From Bryobacterales bacterium (lineage in GTDB: Bacteria > Acidobacteriota > Terriglobia > Bryobacterales > Bryobacteraceae), in assembly GCA_963838885.1 (NCBI GenBank), contig CAWITB010000010.1:5389-69388 (forward strand): 64,000 nt of DNA, written 5' to 3'. The notes under the pieces are model-generated. The model ran no database searches, had not been told where the DNA came from, and saw only the letters and a program-made list of their open reading frames with translations. Positions 17,345-27,787 of this stretch are shown one piece after another; position 1 is the stretch's first letter, and each line of letters starts with the position of its first letter. A program made the translations under genes and the position numbers.

Positions 17345-18409
17345 TCACAAGTTCCCGCCCGCGCACACGCGCGTCAGGCAGCGGAGCGTCTCGCGCGCCG
17401 TCCGCTCCCAGGTAAACCGGGCGGCGTGCTCGCGAGCTTGGGACGTTAGCGCGGGAGCGGTAGTCACGCGCTCGATTGCGCTCCGCAGTTCTTCATCGCT
17501 CGCGGGATCGAAAAACATGGCCGCGCCGCCGGCGATTTCGCGCAATGGCGGGATATCGGAGCAGGCCACGGGGACGCCGGCGGCCAGGGCTTCGAGGACC
17601 GGCATTCCGAAGCCTTCGAATGTCGAAGGATAGACGAACGCTCGGGCGCAACGGAACAGATCGTAAAGCTCCGACCGGGGTATCCAGCCGGTGAACCGCA
17701 CGCGTCCGTTCGCGGCGCTCTCGATCCGTTTTGCCGCAAAGCCGCGCAGCCCCACGACGACCAACTCCGGCGCATCCGGCATCGCGGCATGAACGCGCAG
17801 CAGCCGCTCCAGGTTCTTGTGCGGATGCAGCGTCGAAACGCAAAGTAGATAATCGCGAGGGTCGCGCCGCGCTGCGATGTCGAAAAACTCCGCTTCAACG
17901 CCATGGTGAATTACCATCGCATCCACACCGTAGAAATGTTTCAGATCATCGCGCGTCGCGTTTGAAACGGCAATCAATGCCTGCGAGCGCCGCGCCGAGC
18001 TCGACAGCAGCAGGTTCCAGAAGGGCAGTTCGAACCAGCGGAAATGCTCCGGATGGCGTTTATGTTGCAAATCGTGAAACACGGTGACGCTCGGGCAAGG
18101 ACACCACGCCGGACCTGTGAATCCCGGGTTCAGGAGCACATCGATGCGGTCGCGGCGCAGTGCGCTGGGCAGGGCGAACTGCTCGAAGAGGATGCGTCCT
18201 GGCCGGAAGGATGCTCGCACGCGCTGCGGCGCGGACTTGAAATTAGCGGCCATTGGCGCGAGGCCGGCGCCGGTCTCGGAGTTCGTAAATACCACGTATT
18301 CGTTTTCGGCATCGACGCGGGCAAGCGCGGCAAGCAGGTTACGCAGATAAATTTCAGTGCCGCCGACGCCGCCCGGAATCAGATAAAGCGCATTTACGCC
18401 GATGCGCAT
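17345..18409 (-). CDS. glycosyltransferase family 4 (GT-B, Glycos_transf_1) (copy 1)
   Basis: 354 aa; C-terminal E-x7-E-type region FVYPSTFEGFGMPVLEALAAGVPVACSD is typical of GT4 enzymes. Last gene of the 4-gene operon. Confidence 0.85.
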   Translation of the reverse strand: MRIGVNALYLIPGGVGGTEIYLRNLLAALARVDAENEYVVFTNSETGAGLAPMAANFKSAPQRVRASFRPGRILFEQFALPSALRRDRIDVLLNPGFTGPAWCPCPSVTVFHDLQHKRHPEHFRWFELPFWNLLLSSSARRSQALIAVSNATRDDLKHFYGVDAMVIHHGVEAEFFDIAARRDPRDYLLCVSTLHPHKNLERLLRVHAAMPDAPELVVVGLRGFAAKRIESAANGRVRFTGWIPRSELYDLFRCARAFVYPSTFEGFGMPVLEALAAGVPVACSDIPPLREIAGGAAMFFDPASDEELRSAIERVTTAPALTSQAREHAARFTWERTARETLRCLTRVCAGGNL

Positions 18410-18425
18410 CTTTGCAAGCCCGCGC

Positions 18426-20171
18426 TCACGGAGCTAAACGCGCGAGCTGTTCGCGCGCGACCTGATTTTCCGGGTCAAGGGCCAACGCATGCCGATAATC
18501 GTTCGCTGCCGAGCCGCGGTCCCCTTCGATGAGGTACACATTGCCCCGATTCACGTATGTCATCGCAAAGTTCGGATCAAGCCGGGCGGCGCGATTCAAC
18601 GCCTCCAGCGCTTCCGGCAATTTTTGCTCCTTCGCATACTCCATGCCAATCTGCGAATAAACGTGCGCGTTCGGCTCGAGCGCGGCCGCTTGCTGTAACT
18701 TGGACAGGGCATTCTCGCGATCGCCCATGCAATCGTAGGCGAGGCCCCAATCGAGCAGCAGCGAAAAATCCGGCTTCGCGATTGCCGCTGTCTGGGAATA
18801 CTGTTTCACTGCGCCGCCGCACCGGCCGGCGGCGTACATCGCATGCGCCAGTTGGAACGACGGCCGTACCTTATGAGGCGAGTCCGCGGCCGTCTGTTGC
18901 CACATGGCGATGGCGTCGCCCCACAGTAAATTGCGTTGATACGCGAGCGTCCCCTCGACCAACAGCAGCCCGCCGAGTGTCGCAATGACAACGCCGCGCC
19001 CCGCTTTCCAGCGCCGTACAAATTCGGCGGTAATCAGAAGCAGGCCGATGAACGGCAGGTAGAGGCGGCGCTCGGCGTAAACGTCTTTCAGCGGCACGAT
19101 GGACGACGTCGGCGCGAGCAGAAGAAGGAACACGAACCAGCCATAGGATGCTAGAGGAAAGCGGCGGCGGTATATCCAGGCCGCAACCGATACTCCGATC
19201 AGAGCCGCCAATCCCGCGATCGCGGCGGGATCGGAAACGGAATGCGTTACCGCAATATCGGGATCGAGATTCAGCCGGAACGGAAATACGAATAGAAAAA
19301 GATACTTCCAGATGACGCGGCATTCCGTCAAGAAATACTGATACCAGGCGATTCCTTTCACGTTGAAGCCCGCGGATGTCGCGTTCTTCAGGACAAACAC
19401 CCAGACGAACGCTCCCGCAAGCGCCGCGAGAATGGCCATCGTTCCGTAGAGTTTCCAGTTCCGCCGTATGGCCGCGGTCGTGAATCCCGGATTCCAGTAA
19501 AAATCGGTGAGGAGCAACAGCGCGGGCAGGATTACGGCGTGCTCCTTGCTCAAGCACGCCAGACCGAACAGAGCGAGAACCGCCGCAATGCGCCCCGGGG
19601 CGAGAGCGCCGTTTCCGTACAAGAAAACCACGAACGCCGCGAGGAAGAAACACACGCTCAAGGTTTCCGAGCGGCTGGCGATATAGCTCACCGCTTCCGT
19701 TTGAATCGGATGCAGCAGGAAGAGGCCGGCGGCGAATAGCGCAACCGATTCACGCGTCCATGTCCTCGCGGCCGCGGCCTTCTCGAGAAGCTTGCGCACA
19801 GCCAGAAGAATCAATCCGCCGTTGATCAGGTGCAGCAGCACATTGAAGAAGTGGTAGGAGTACGTGTTTTGTCCGCTCTGCTGAAAGTTGAGCCAATAAG
19901 AAAACATCAGGAGCGGGCGAAGCCCACCGATCCACGCCCGCAGAGGCGCTCTGGCGAAACCGTCGATGCGGTAGGGAAGATAATCGTCGTCGAGCAGGAA
20001 TGGCCCGTTCAGCGCCGGGCCGTAAACAGCGAAGACCACAAAAAGCGCTACCGCCGCGCCGATGACGATGGGCCACAAGGGCCGAGAGGCGGGCCGGCGC
20101 GGTGCGGGAGCCACGGCGGCCGCCGCCGTGCGCCCATTGACCGCCGACTTTCTTTTACCGCTTTTCACCAC
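18426..20171 (-). CDS. GT-C-fold membrane glycosyltransferase with C-terminal TPR domain (TMTC/PMT-like) (copy 1)
   Basis: The N-terminal ~390 aa has about 10 hydrophobic segments, the acidic loop motif FLLDDDYLPY after TM1, and HPIQTEAVSYIASRSE (resembles the HPxHTEAV motif I recall for DUF1736/TMTC). The C-terminal ~190 aa are TPR repeats. Confidence 0.7.
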   Translation of the reverse strand: MVKSGKRKSAVNGRTAAAAVAPAPRRPASRPLWPIVIGAAVALFVVFAVYGPALNGPFLLDDDYLPYRIDGFARAPLRAWIGGLRPLLMFSYWLNFQQSGQNTYSYHFFNVLLHLINGGLILLAVRKLLEKAAAARTWTRESVALFAAGLFLLHPIQTEAVSYIASRSETLSVCFFLAAFVVFLYGNGALAPGRIAAVLALFGLACLSKEHAVILPALLLLTDFYWNPGFTTAAIRRNWKLYGTMAILAALAGAFVWVFVLKNATSAGFNVKGIAWYQYFLTECRVIWKYLFLFVFPFRLNLDPDIAVTHSVSDPAAIAGLAALIGVSVAAWIYRRRFPLASYGWFVFLLLLAPTSSIVPLKDVYAERRLYLPFIGLLLITAEFVRRWKAGRGVVIATLGGLLLVEGTLAYQRNLLWGDAIAMWQQTAADSPHKVRPSFQLAHAMYAAGRCGGAVKQYSQTAAIAKPDFSLLLDWGLAYDCMGDRENALSKLQQAAALEPNAHVYSQIGMEYAKEQKLPEALEALNRAARLDPNFAMTYVNRGNVYLIEGDRGSAANDYRHALALDPENQVAREQLARLAP

Positions 20172-20904
20172 CCGCTAACTTCCTCCTTCTACCCTCGAAT
20201 TTCAGCACGTTCACAAACACTCCCAGCAGCACGTGAACAATGTAGTAGAGCGACTTGAGCGGCGTAATCGAACTGCGGCCGGCCATGCGCCGCCTCATCC
20301 GGCAGGATACTTCCTGAAATTGGAAACGCCGTCGCTGCAGAACGACCAGCGTCTCTATCTCAGGATATTCCAGGGGAAAGCTTTTCGTGAACACTTCAAG
20401 CGCCTGCTGGTTAACGCCCACAAACCCGGAGGTCGGATCGCGCACGGGCCTTCCTAGAATGGGCCGCAGCACCATGCGGAACACTTGTATTCCCATGGCG
20501 CGCACAATGCTCGAATGATAGCCGTCGCGCTCGTCGAAGCGCGATCCGATCACCATCTGGCAACCCGAGCCGCGCAACGCATCGAGAATGCGCGGAATGT
20601 CGCGCGGATCGTGCTGGCCGTCGCCATCGATGCGAATCACGTAATGATATCCCAGCTCGAAGGCAAGCTTGTAGCCGGCCTGGACGCATCCGCCCAAGCC
20701 CAGATGATGCGGCAGAGGCAGTACGTCCGCGCCCGCGGCCGCCGCGGCGCTTTTCGTCGCGTCGAGCGAGCAATCGTCGATCACCAACACCGGCGCGCCT
20801 GGCAGAACTTCATGCAACTCCCGCACGACGCTCGCAATGGCGGCCTCTTCGTTGAAGGCCGGAATGATCACCAGGTAATCGTCGGGGCCGGTGGCGAGCC
20901 TCAC
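20155..20904 (-). CDS. GT2 polyprenyl-phosphate glycosyltransferase (Dpm1/GtrB-like) (copy 1)
   Basis: 249 aa; VIIPAFNEE, VIDDCSLD, IRIDGDGQHD (DxD) and a C-terminal hydrophobic segment YYIVHVLLGVFVNVL. Overlaps the upstream and downstream genes. Confidence 0.8.
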   Translation of the reverse strand: MRLATGPDDYLVIIPAFNEEAAIASVVRELHEVLPGAPVLVIDDCSLDATKSAAAAAGADVLPLPHHLGLGGCVQAGYKLAFELGYHYVIRIDGDGQHDPRDIPRILDALRGSGCQMVIGSRFDERDGYHSSIVRAMGIQVFRMVLRPILGRPVRDPTSGFVGVNQQALEVFTKSFPLEYPEIETLVVLQRRRFQFQEVSCRMRRRMAGRSSITPLKSLYYIVHVLLGVFVNVLKFEGRRRKLAGGEKR

Positions 20905-21908
20905 AGCGCCGCGACCTTGCGCGGAGCGATGGAATACTCGCGGAGCAGGCGATGAAACTGCCTCGGACTCAGGCGCCGCCGTATTCGCCGGCGCTGCTCA
21001 CGCAGGCGGCCGATGTTGCGCAGCAGTGCGGCGTGCGCGCGCAGGACCGCAACAACCAAGCCCGCGGGACGATGTCCCGCCTGCCGATAAGCAGCCGTCG
21101 TCCCCTGGCCTTTCCACGCGTACATTGCGTGCCAGAAGTAGCGCGCCAGAGAGTAGAACGGCGCCGCCCACAGCATACGAGGCGGAAAATTCTTGGCAAG
21201 CAAAAAGAGGCGATTGCGCTCCACATAGTACGCCTTCAAGGGCGAAGCGCGGCCGGCCGAATGCGAGTAGCGATGCTCCACCACGGCATCCGGCGCGTAA
21301 ACGCATTCCCACGCCGCCCAGCGCGCGCGAAGCCCCAAATCGGTGTCCTCGCAATACAAGAAAAAGGATTCGTCGAAGAGACCGATCTCATCGAGCATCT
21401 CGCGCTTATACAGAGCGGCGCATCCGCTTGGCAGTAAAGCATGGCGGCGCCGCGCATAGCGATCGCTCTCCTGCCCGGCGACATCCAAATGGCCGCACTG
21501 CTTGCTGCTGCCGTCGCCGCACACGAGCATTCCGGCGGAGTCCAGCCGTCCCTCGCCCAGCAAGCGTATTTGCGAAGCGCACATCCCGATCTCGTGCCGT
21601 TCCGCGATGGCGGCCACTAGCGAGGCGAGCCATTCCGGCCTCGGCTCCGCGTCGTCGTTTAATGTTGCGACATACATGGAGGCGGAAGCGCGAATCGCTT
21701 GGTTGACGGCGGCGCCAAATCCTACGTTCGCATCGTTGTAAATCACATGGACGCCATCGCGGGCGGTAACGGCGCGCCGTCCGCTGTTATCGACGACGAT
21801 GACTTCGAAATCCCGCAGTGTCTGCCGCGCGAGCGCCTCCAGACAAGCCTCTAATGCATCGTCCGCGGCCAAAGTCGGCACTACTACCGTCACGCTCGGA
21901 TTCGGCAA
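20901..21908 (-). CDS. GT2 family glycosyltransferase (copy 1)
   Basis: 335 aa; VTVVVPT...VIVVDNSG...ATLNDDAEP...FLYCEDTDLGLRA is typical of rhamnosyl/galactosyl-type GT2. ATGA overlap with the next gene. Confidence 0.8.
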   Translation of the reverse strand: MPNPSVTVVVPTLAADDALEACLEALARQTLRDFEVIVVDNSGRRAVTARDGVHVIYNDANVGFGAAVNQAIRASASMYVATLNDDAEPRPEWLASLVAAIAERHEIGMCASQIRLLGEGRLDSAGMLVCGDGSSKQCGHLDVAGQESDRYARRRHALLPSGCAALYKREMLDEIGLFDESFFLYCEDTDLGLRARWAAWECVYAPDAVVEHRYSHSAGRASPLKAYYVERNRLFLLAKNFPPRMLWAAPFYSLARYFWHAMYAWKGQGTTAAYRQAGHRPAGLVVAVLRAHAALLRNIGRLREQRRRIRRRLSPRQFHRLLREYSIAPRKVAAL

Positions 21909-22067
21909 AGCTTGATTTTACTATCCGGGCGAAGCGCGGGAGTTGACGGGCCCGAGGGCGTCCACAAATCGCCGGGCTCTCGCCGGGTACGTCTCAGGAG
22001 GGTGCCCAGCGCTTCACCTCGATTCGCCGAGTACCGCAGTCGCTGGCTTTGCCTGTGAACGGTAGGC

Positions 22068-22412
22068 GTGCCAGAGGACCGGACCTCGACCGCGATTGGC
22101 GTACTGCCTGGTAGATGCGATCGCTCGAAGCGCGGCGAAGCCATCGAGAAATATACCGGCGGTGCATACAGTCAGCACAACCGGCTAATGCTTTACCCGC
22201 AAGGCGAAGCAATACCCCGGAAAGCGTCCACTCCAAGCGCGCGGATCGCTGAAGGCAACTATGCCGTGCTGCATTGCCGGGAGGAGCGGCAGGGGATCGC
22301 GATTGGGCCGGGATCGACATTTCCGGCTCGATGAGAACGGCGAAATGTCAAGCAATGGGATGTGCTCCAGGTCGCGCCGGAGGCGTCGGCCAACAGTAAC
22401 ACCATGTTGTGA
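22068..22412 (+). pseudogene. decayed SnoaL-like/NTF2-fold gene (copy 1), approximate bounds
   Basis: Pieces in different frames: AIEKYTGGAYSQHN..., IAEGNYAVLHC..., WAGIDI / FRLDENGE... The C-terminal ...WDVLQVAPEASANSNTML-stop is readable in copy 2. The pattern resembles SnoaL-like proteins ending ...GKIVEHWDVLQ. Confidence 0.4.
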
Positions 22413-22443
22413 GGGCCGTTGGCGTGATATCTTGACTATTCAA

Positions 22444-23562
22444 ATGCGAATCGCTCACTTCGCGGTGCTCCTGGCCGCCGCGCCGCTCCTGACCGCCGCT
22501 CCCAAACGGTACTTCGTTTACTTCGGCACCTACACTGGCCCGAAGAGCAAAGGCATCTACGTCGCCCGCTTCGACGCGGGTACGGGCAAAGTAGAGCCGC
22601 TCAGCGTAGCCGCCGAAATGAAGAACCCGTCCTTCGTCGCGCCTCACCCCAACGGCCGCTTCTTATACGCCGTCAGCGAGGAACGAGGCGGGAGCGCCAG
22701 CGCCTTCTCCATCGACCGCAATAGCGGAGCTCTGACGCTGCTCAACACGGTATCGTCCAAAGGAAACGGGCCCTGTTACGCGCGCGTCGACAAGACCGGC
22801 CGGGCGCTGTTGGTGGCCAATTACGGCAGCGGCACCTTCGCGGTTTTCCCCATCGAAGCCGACGGCAAGCTCAAGGAAGCCTCCGCTACCATTCAGGACC
22901 AGGGCAAGGCAAGCATGCCCGTGCGCCAGGGCGGCCCGCACGCGCACTCGTTGAATCCTTCGAATGACGACCGCTTTGCCGTGGGCGCCGACCTCGGCCT
23001 CGACAAGCTCTTCGTCTTTAAATTCGACGCCGCGGCCGGTACTCTCACGCCCAACAATCCGCCTTATGCGGAACTCAAGCCCGGATCCGGACCGCGCCAT
23101 TTCGCTTTCCATCCGAATGGGAAGTTCGCGTACGTAACCGATGAAATCTCCTCGAACGTGGTCGCCTTCCGCTGGGACGCCGCGGCCGGAACGCTGCACG
23201 AGCTTCAAACTATCTCGACTATTCCAGCGGACTTCAAAGGCGAGAACACGACAGCCGAAATCCTGGTCCATCCCTCCGGAAATTTTCTCTATGATTCGAA
23301 TCGCGGAGCCGATAGCATAGCCGTGTTTCGCATCGACAAAAGCAAAGGTACGCTCACGGCGGTGGACCATACCTCGACCCAAGGAAACGTCCCGCGCGGC
23401 TTCGGCATCGATCCGACAGGCTCGTTCCTGATCGCCGGTAATCAGAAATCGGACAATATTGTGGTGTTTCGAATCGACAAGAGCAGCGGTAAATTAACTC
23501 CGACGGGTCAAACGCTGGAGGTCGGCGGCCCGGTTTGCGTAAAATTCGTCCCGCTTCAATAG
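22444..23562 (+). CDS. secreted 7-bladed beta-propeller lactonase (6-phosphogluconolactonase, YbhE/Pgl type) (copy 1)
   Basis: Signal peptide MRIAHFAVLLAAAPLLTAAP, then YFVYFGTYTG...GIYVARFD...NPSFVAPHPNGRFLYAV...GPRHFAFHPNGKFAYV... are typical lactonase propeller repeats. Confidence 0.8.
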   Translation: MRIAHFAVLLAAAPLLTAAPKRYFVYFGTYTGPKSKGIYVARFDAGTGKVEPLSVAAEMKNPSFVAPHPNGRFLYAVSEERGGSASAFSIDRNSGALTLLNTVSSKGNGPCYARVDKTGRALLVANYGSGTFAVFPIEADGKLKEASATIQDQGKASMPVRQGGPHAHSLNPSNDDRFAVGADLGLDKLFVFKFDAAAGTLTPNNPPYAELKPGSGPRHFAFHPNGKFAYVTDEISSNVVAFRWDAAAGTLHELQTISTIPADFKGENTTAEILVHPSGNFLYDSNRGADSIAVFRIDKSKGTLTAVDHTSTQGNVPRGFGIDPTGSFLIAGNQKSDNIVVFRIDKSSGKLTPTGQTLEVGGPVCVKFVPLQ

Positions 23563-23593
23563 CGCCTCAAGTCAGCCCAATATAAAGCGCCGT

Positions 23594-24521
23594 TCATTTG
23601 CCGAATCTGAAATCCCAAGAGTTTCGTGACAGGCCGTTCAGCTCTTCGAGTGAAAACCCGAACTCGCCGGCTGCAATCTCAAACTCACGCCGTAAAGAAG
23701 TCCCAAACAGCGCCGGATCGTCGCTGTTTAACGTAATCGGCACGCCCGCATCGAAGAGGCTCCCGCACGGGATGCGCGCTCAAAGACGCGACCGCCCCCG
23801 TTCGCACATTCGAGGTGATGCAAATCTCCAATGGCACGCCGCGGTCTCGTAGTGCCGTCAACAAAGTCGCATCCCGAGCGGCGGCGATTCCGTGTCCAAT
23901 GCGCTCCGCCCCGATGGCGAGCGCCGCCCATACCGACTCCGGCCCGGCGGTTTCCCCGGCATGACACACCAGGCGCAAGCCGCCGTTGCGCGCATACGCG
24001 AATACATCGCGGAACCATTCAGCCGGTCCGCGAATTTCGTCCCCCCCGATCCCGAACGCGACCACGCCCTGGTCCCGCCGCGAAACGGCGAACTCGGCGA
24101 CGCGCCTGCCCGGCTCCGCCCCGAACTGCCGCACGGCGTCGAGTATCCAGAACACCTTCACGCGCGCGCGCAGCGATTCCCGCCATAACGCTTCATATAC
24201 ATCCGCAAGGGACTGCTCCTTCCAGAGGACGACTCCGGCCGAAAGCGTCACCTCGGCGTATTCGATGCGCTGTTCGGCGAAATGCTCGAACATTCGGCGC
24301 GCCGCAATCGCGTAGTGCTCCGGCGACCGCAGCTTGCGCGTGACCCAAACGAAGGCGCGCAGAAATCCCGCGAAATCGTTAAATGTGGTATTCGCGACGA
24401 CTTCCTCGCAGGTCAGCGCAGGATCGATCTCCAGCAAGGCCTCCACCCCGATCGCGCCCTCCAGATGAACGTGCAGCTCGGCAAGGGGCGCCGCTAAAAG
24501 ATCGCCGGACATCCTTGCCAT
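23594..24521 (-). pseudogene. add: adenosine deaminase, frameshifted near the 3-prime end (copy 1)
   Basis: LAELHVHLEGAI..., CHAGE..., ERIGHGI... An extra G near 23757 (gaggctcc vs gagctcc in copy 2) replaces the conserved tail FDAGVPITLNSDDPALFG with out-of-frame residues. Confidence 0.75.
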
Positions 24522-24627
24522 GGTAACGGCAGCACGCTAACGGCCGTGACGCGAGGGAGCGGCGATCACATCTCTTGCATGCGCCGAACCGGATCCCGCC
24601 GGCGCTGCGCCACGGCGCCGAGCGCCA

Positions 24628-25233
24628 TTACATGGCCGCGTCGCCGTCCAGACTGCGCCACAGATACCACGATGCGATCGAGCAGTAAGGATGCCAGCGG
24701 CGGCCGAGTTTTTCGATTCTGGCGGGCTTGGGGAGCGCGCGCATGCGATATGCTTTGCGGATGGCGGAGCGGACGCCGAAGTCGCCGGTGGGCAGGATGT
24801 TGGGACGGCGCAGGGCGAAAATCAGGAACATGTGCGCGGTCCAGACGCCCACTCCCTTAACGCGCGTGAGGCGCTCGATCACCTCTTCGTCGGTCATTCG
24901 CGGGAAACTGCTGAAGTCAATCTCACCCGAGCGGGTGCGCTCGGCCAAGTCGCGGATGTAGGCTGTCTTCTGGCCGGAAAGTCCGGCGGCGCGCATCTGT
25001 TCGGCCGTAAGACCAAGGATGGCATCGGGCGTAATGTTTCCTTGCGGCAGCGCGCCGATCAAGCGCGCCAGTATGATGGCCGCAGCCTTCCCGTTAAGCT
25101 GCTGATATACAATAGATCGCACCAGCGACTGAAAATCCGGGTCGCGAAAATCGATGCGGCATTCCCCGACGCGCTCGATGATGGCCGCAAGCACCGGATC
25201 CGCCTGCTTTAGATGAACAATGGCTTCCTGCAT
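24628..25233 (-). CDS. DNA-3-methyladenine glycosylase II family protein (HhH-GPD) (copy 1)
   Basis: 201 aa; LTRVKGVGVWTAHMFLIFALRRPNILPTGDFGVRSAI is the HhH-GPD motif region with the catalytic Asp context. Confidence 0.8.
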   Translation of the reverse strand: MQEAIVHLKQADPVLAAIIERVGECRIDFRDPDFQSLVRSIVYQQLNGKAAAIILARLIGALPQGNITPDAILGLTAEQMRAAGLSGQKTAYIRDLAERTRSGEIDFSSFPRMTDEEVIERLTRVKGVGVWTAHMFLIFALRRPNILPTGDFGVRSAIRKAYRMRALPKPARIEKLGRRWHPYCSIASWYLWRSLDGDAAM

Positions 25234-25278
25234 GGAACTGGCCGCGCTAGCGGCGCATCTATTGAACAGTATAAATAC

Positions 25279-26302
<1,024 letters not shown>

Positions 26303-26320
26303 GTAACGGTTCACGTTAAC

Positions 26321-26572
26321 ATGTCTGATGTTCCTTCTGACCACTTCGCAACGGTCGGTTCGTTCGTCCGACAAGACTTCATAGACCTATCAAGCAAGCT
26401 GGAGAATACGGCATTTGAGTTCTTTAAAACGGAAGCGCGAGCCCTTCGTCTAAGCGATCTTACGGAGCACCAAAAATATCCACTTCAGGAAACGAAGGCT
26501 CGGCTTCAAAGCACAGTGTTTCTCAGTCGATGGGCAGAGATTCAGGCTATTCTGGCCAGCCGCCAAGCATAG
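26321..26572 (+). CDS. hypothetical protein (copy 2)
   Basis: Same 83-aa product as 16961..17212. Confidence 0.4.
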   Translation: MSDVPSDHFATVGSFVRQDFIDLSSKLENTAFEFFKTEARALRLSDLTEHQKYPLQETKARLQSTVFLSRWAEIQAILASRQA

Positions 26573-26598
26573 GTGCACTCTGCGTAAATCCCGCAGCG

Positions 26599-27771
26599 TC
26601 ATTTGGAAGAAGTTTGCAATATGAAATATCGTCCAGGGCTCTGTGGGATTAGGCACGTGCGTATGCTCGGACCGGAAACCGCCAATTCCGTTATCGAGAG
26701 GCAACTCACAAGTTCTCGCCCGCGCAAACGCGCGTCAAGGCAGCGGAGCGTCTCGCGGACCGTCCGCTCCCAGGTAAACCGGGCGGCATGCTCGCGAGCT
26801 TCGGACGTTAGCGCGGGAGCGGTAGACACGCTCTCGATTGCGCTCCGCAGTTCTTCATCGCTGGCGGGATCGAAAAACATGGCGGCGCCGCAGGCGATCT
26901 CGCGCAACGGCGGGATATCGGAACAGGCCACGGGGACGCCGGCGGCCATGGCTTCGAGGACCGGCATTCCGAAGCCTTCGAACGTCGAAGGATAGACGAA
27001 CGCTCGGGCGCAACGGAATAGCTCGTAAAGCTCCGTTCGCGGTATCCAGCCAGTGAACCGCACGCGTCTGTTCGCGGCGCTCTCGATCCGCTTTGCCGCA
27101 AAGCCGCGCAGCCCCACGACGACCAACTCCGGCGCATCCGGCATCGCGGCATGAACGCGCAGCAGCCGCTCCAGATTCTTGTGCGGATGCAGCGTCGAAA
27201 CGCAAAGCAGATAATCGCGAGGGTCGCGCCGCGCTGCAATGTCGAAAAACTCCGCTTCAACGCCATGATGAATTACCATCGCATCCACACCGTAGAAATG
27301 TTTCAGATCATCGCGCGTCGCGTTTGAAACGGCAATCAATGCCTGCGAGCGCCGCGCCGAGCTCGACAGCAGCAGGTTCCAGAAGGGCAGTTCGAACCAG
27401 CGGAAATGCTCCGGATGGCGTTTATGCTGCAAATCGTGAAATACGGTGACGCTCGGGCAAGGACACCACGCTGGACCTGTGAATCCCGGGTTCAGGAGCA
27501 CATCGATGCGGTCGCGGCGCAGTGCGCTGGGCAGGGCGAACTGCTCGAAGAGGATGCGTCCTGGCCGGAAGGATGCTCGCACGCGCTGCGGCGCGGACTT
27601 GAAATTTGCGGCCATTGGCGCGAGGCCGGCGCCGGTCTCGGAGTTCGTAAATACCACGTATTCGTTTTCGGCATCAACGCGGGCAAGCGCAGCAAGCAGG
27701 TTACGCAGGTAAATTTCAGTGCCGCCGACGCCGCCCGGAATCAGATAAAGCGCATTTACGCCGATGCGCAT
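26599..27771 (-). CDS. glycosyltransferase family 4 (copy 2) with altered, extended C-terminus
   Basis: A 1-nt insertion about 12 codons before the copy-1 stop (gtcaaggcag vs gtcaggcag, near 26737) removes the stop and adds about 36 unrelated residues. The rest is about 97 percent identical by eye. Confidence 0.75.
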   Translation of the reverse strand: MRIGVNALYLIPGGVGGTEIYLRNLLAALARVDAENEYVVFTNSETGAGLAPMAANFKSAPQRVRASFRPGRILFEQFALPSALRRDRIDVLLNPGFTGPAWCPCPSVTVFHDLQHKRHPEHFRWFELPFWNLLLSSSARRSQALIAVSNATRDDLKHFYGVDAMVIHHGVEAEFFDIAARRDPRDYLLCVSTLHPHKNLERLLRVHAAMPDAPELVVVGLRGFAAKRIESAANRRVRFTGWIPRTELYELFRCARAFVYPSTFEGFGMPVLEAMAAGVPVACSDIPPLREIACGAAMFFDPASDEELRSAIESVSTAPALTSEAREHAARFTWERTVRETLRCLDARLRGRELVSCLSITELAVSGPSIRTCLIPQSPGRYFILQTSSK

Positions 27772-27787
27772 CTTTGCAAGCCCGCGC

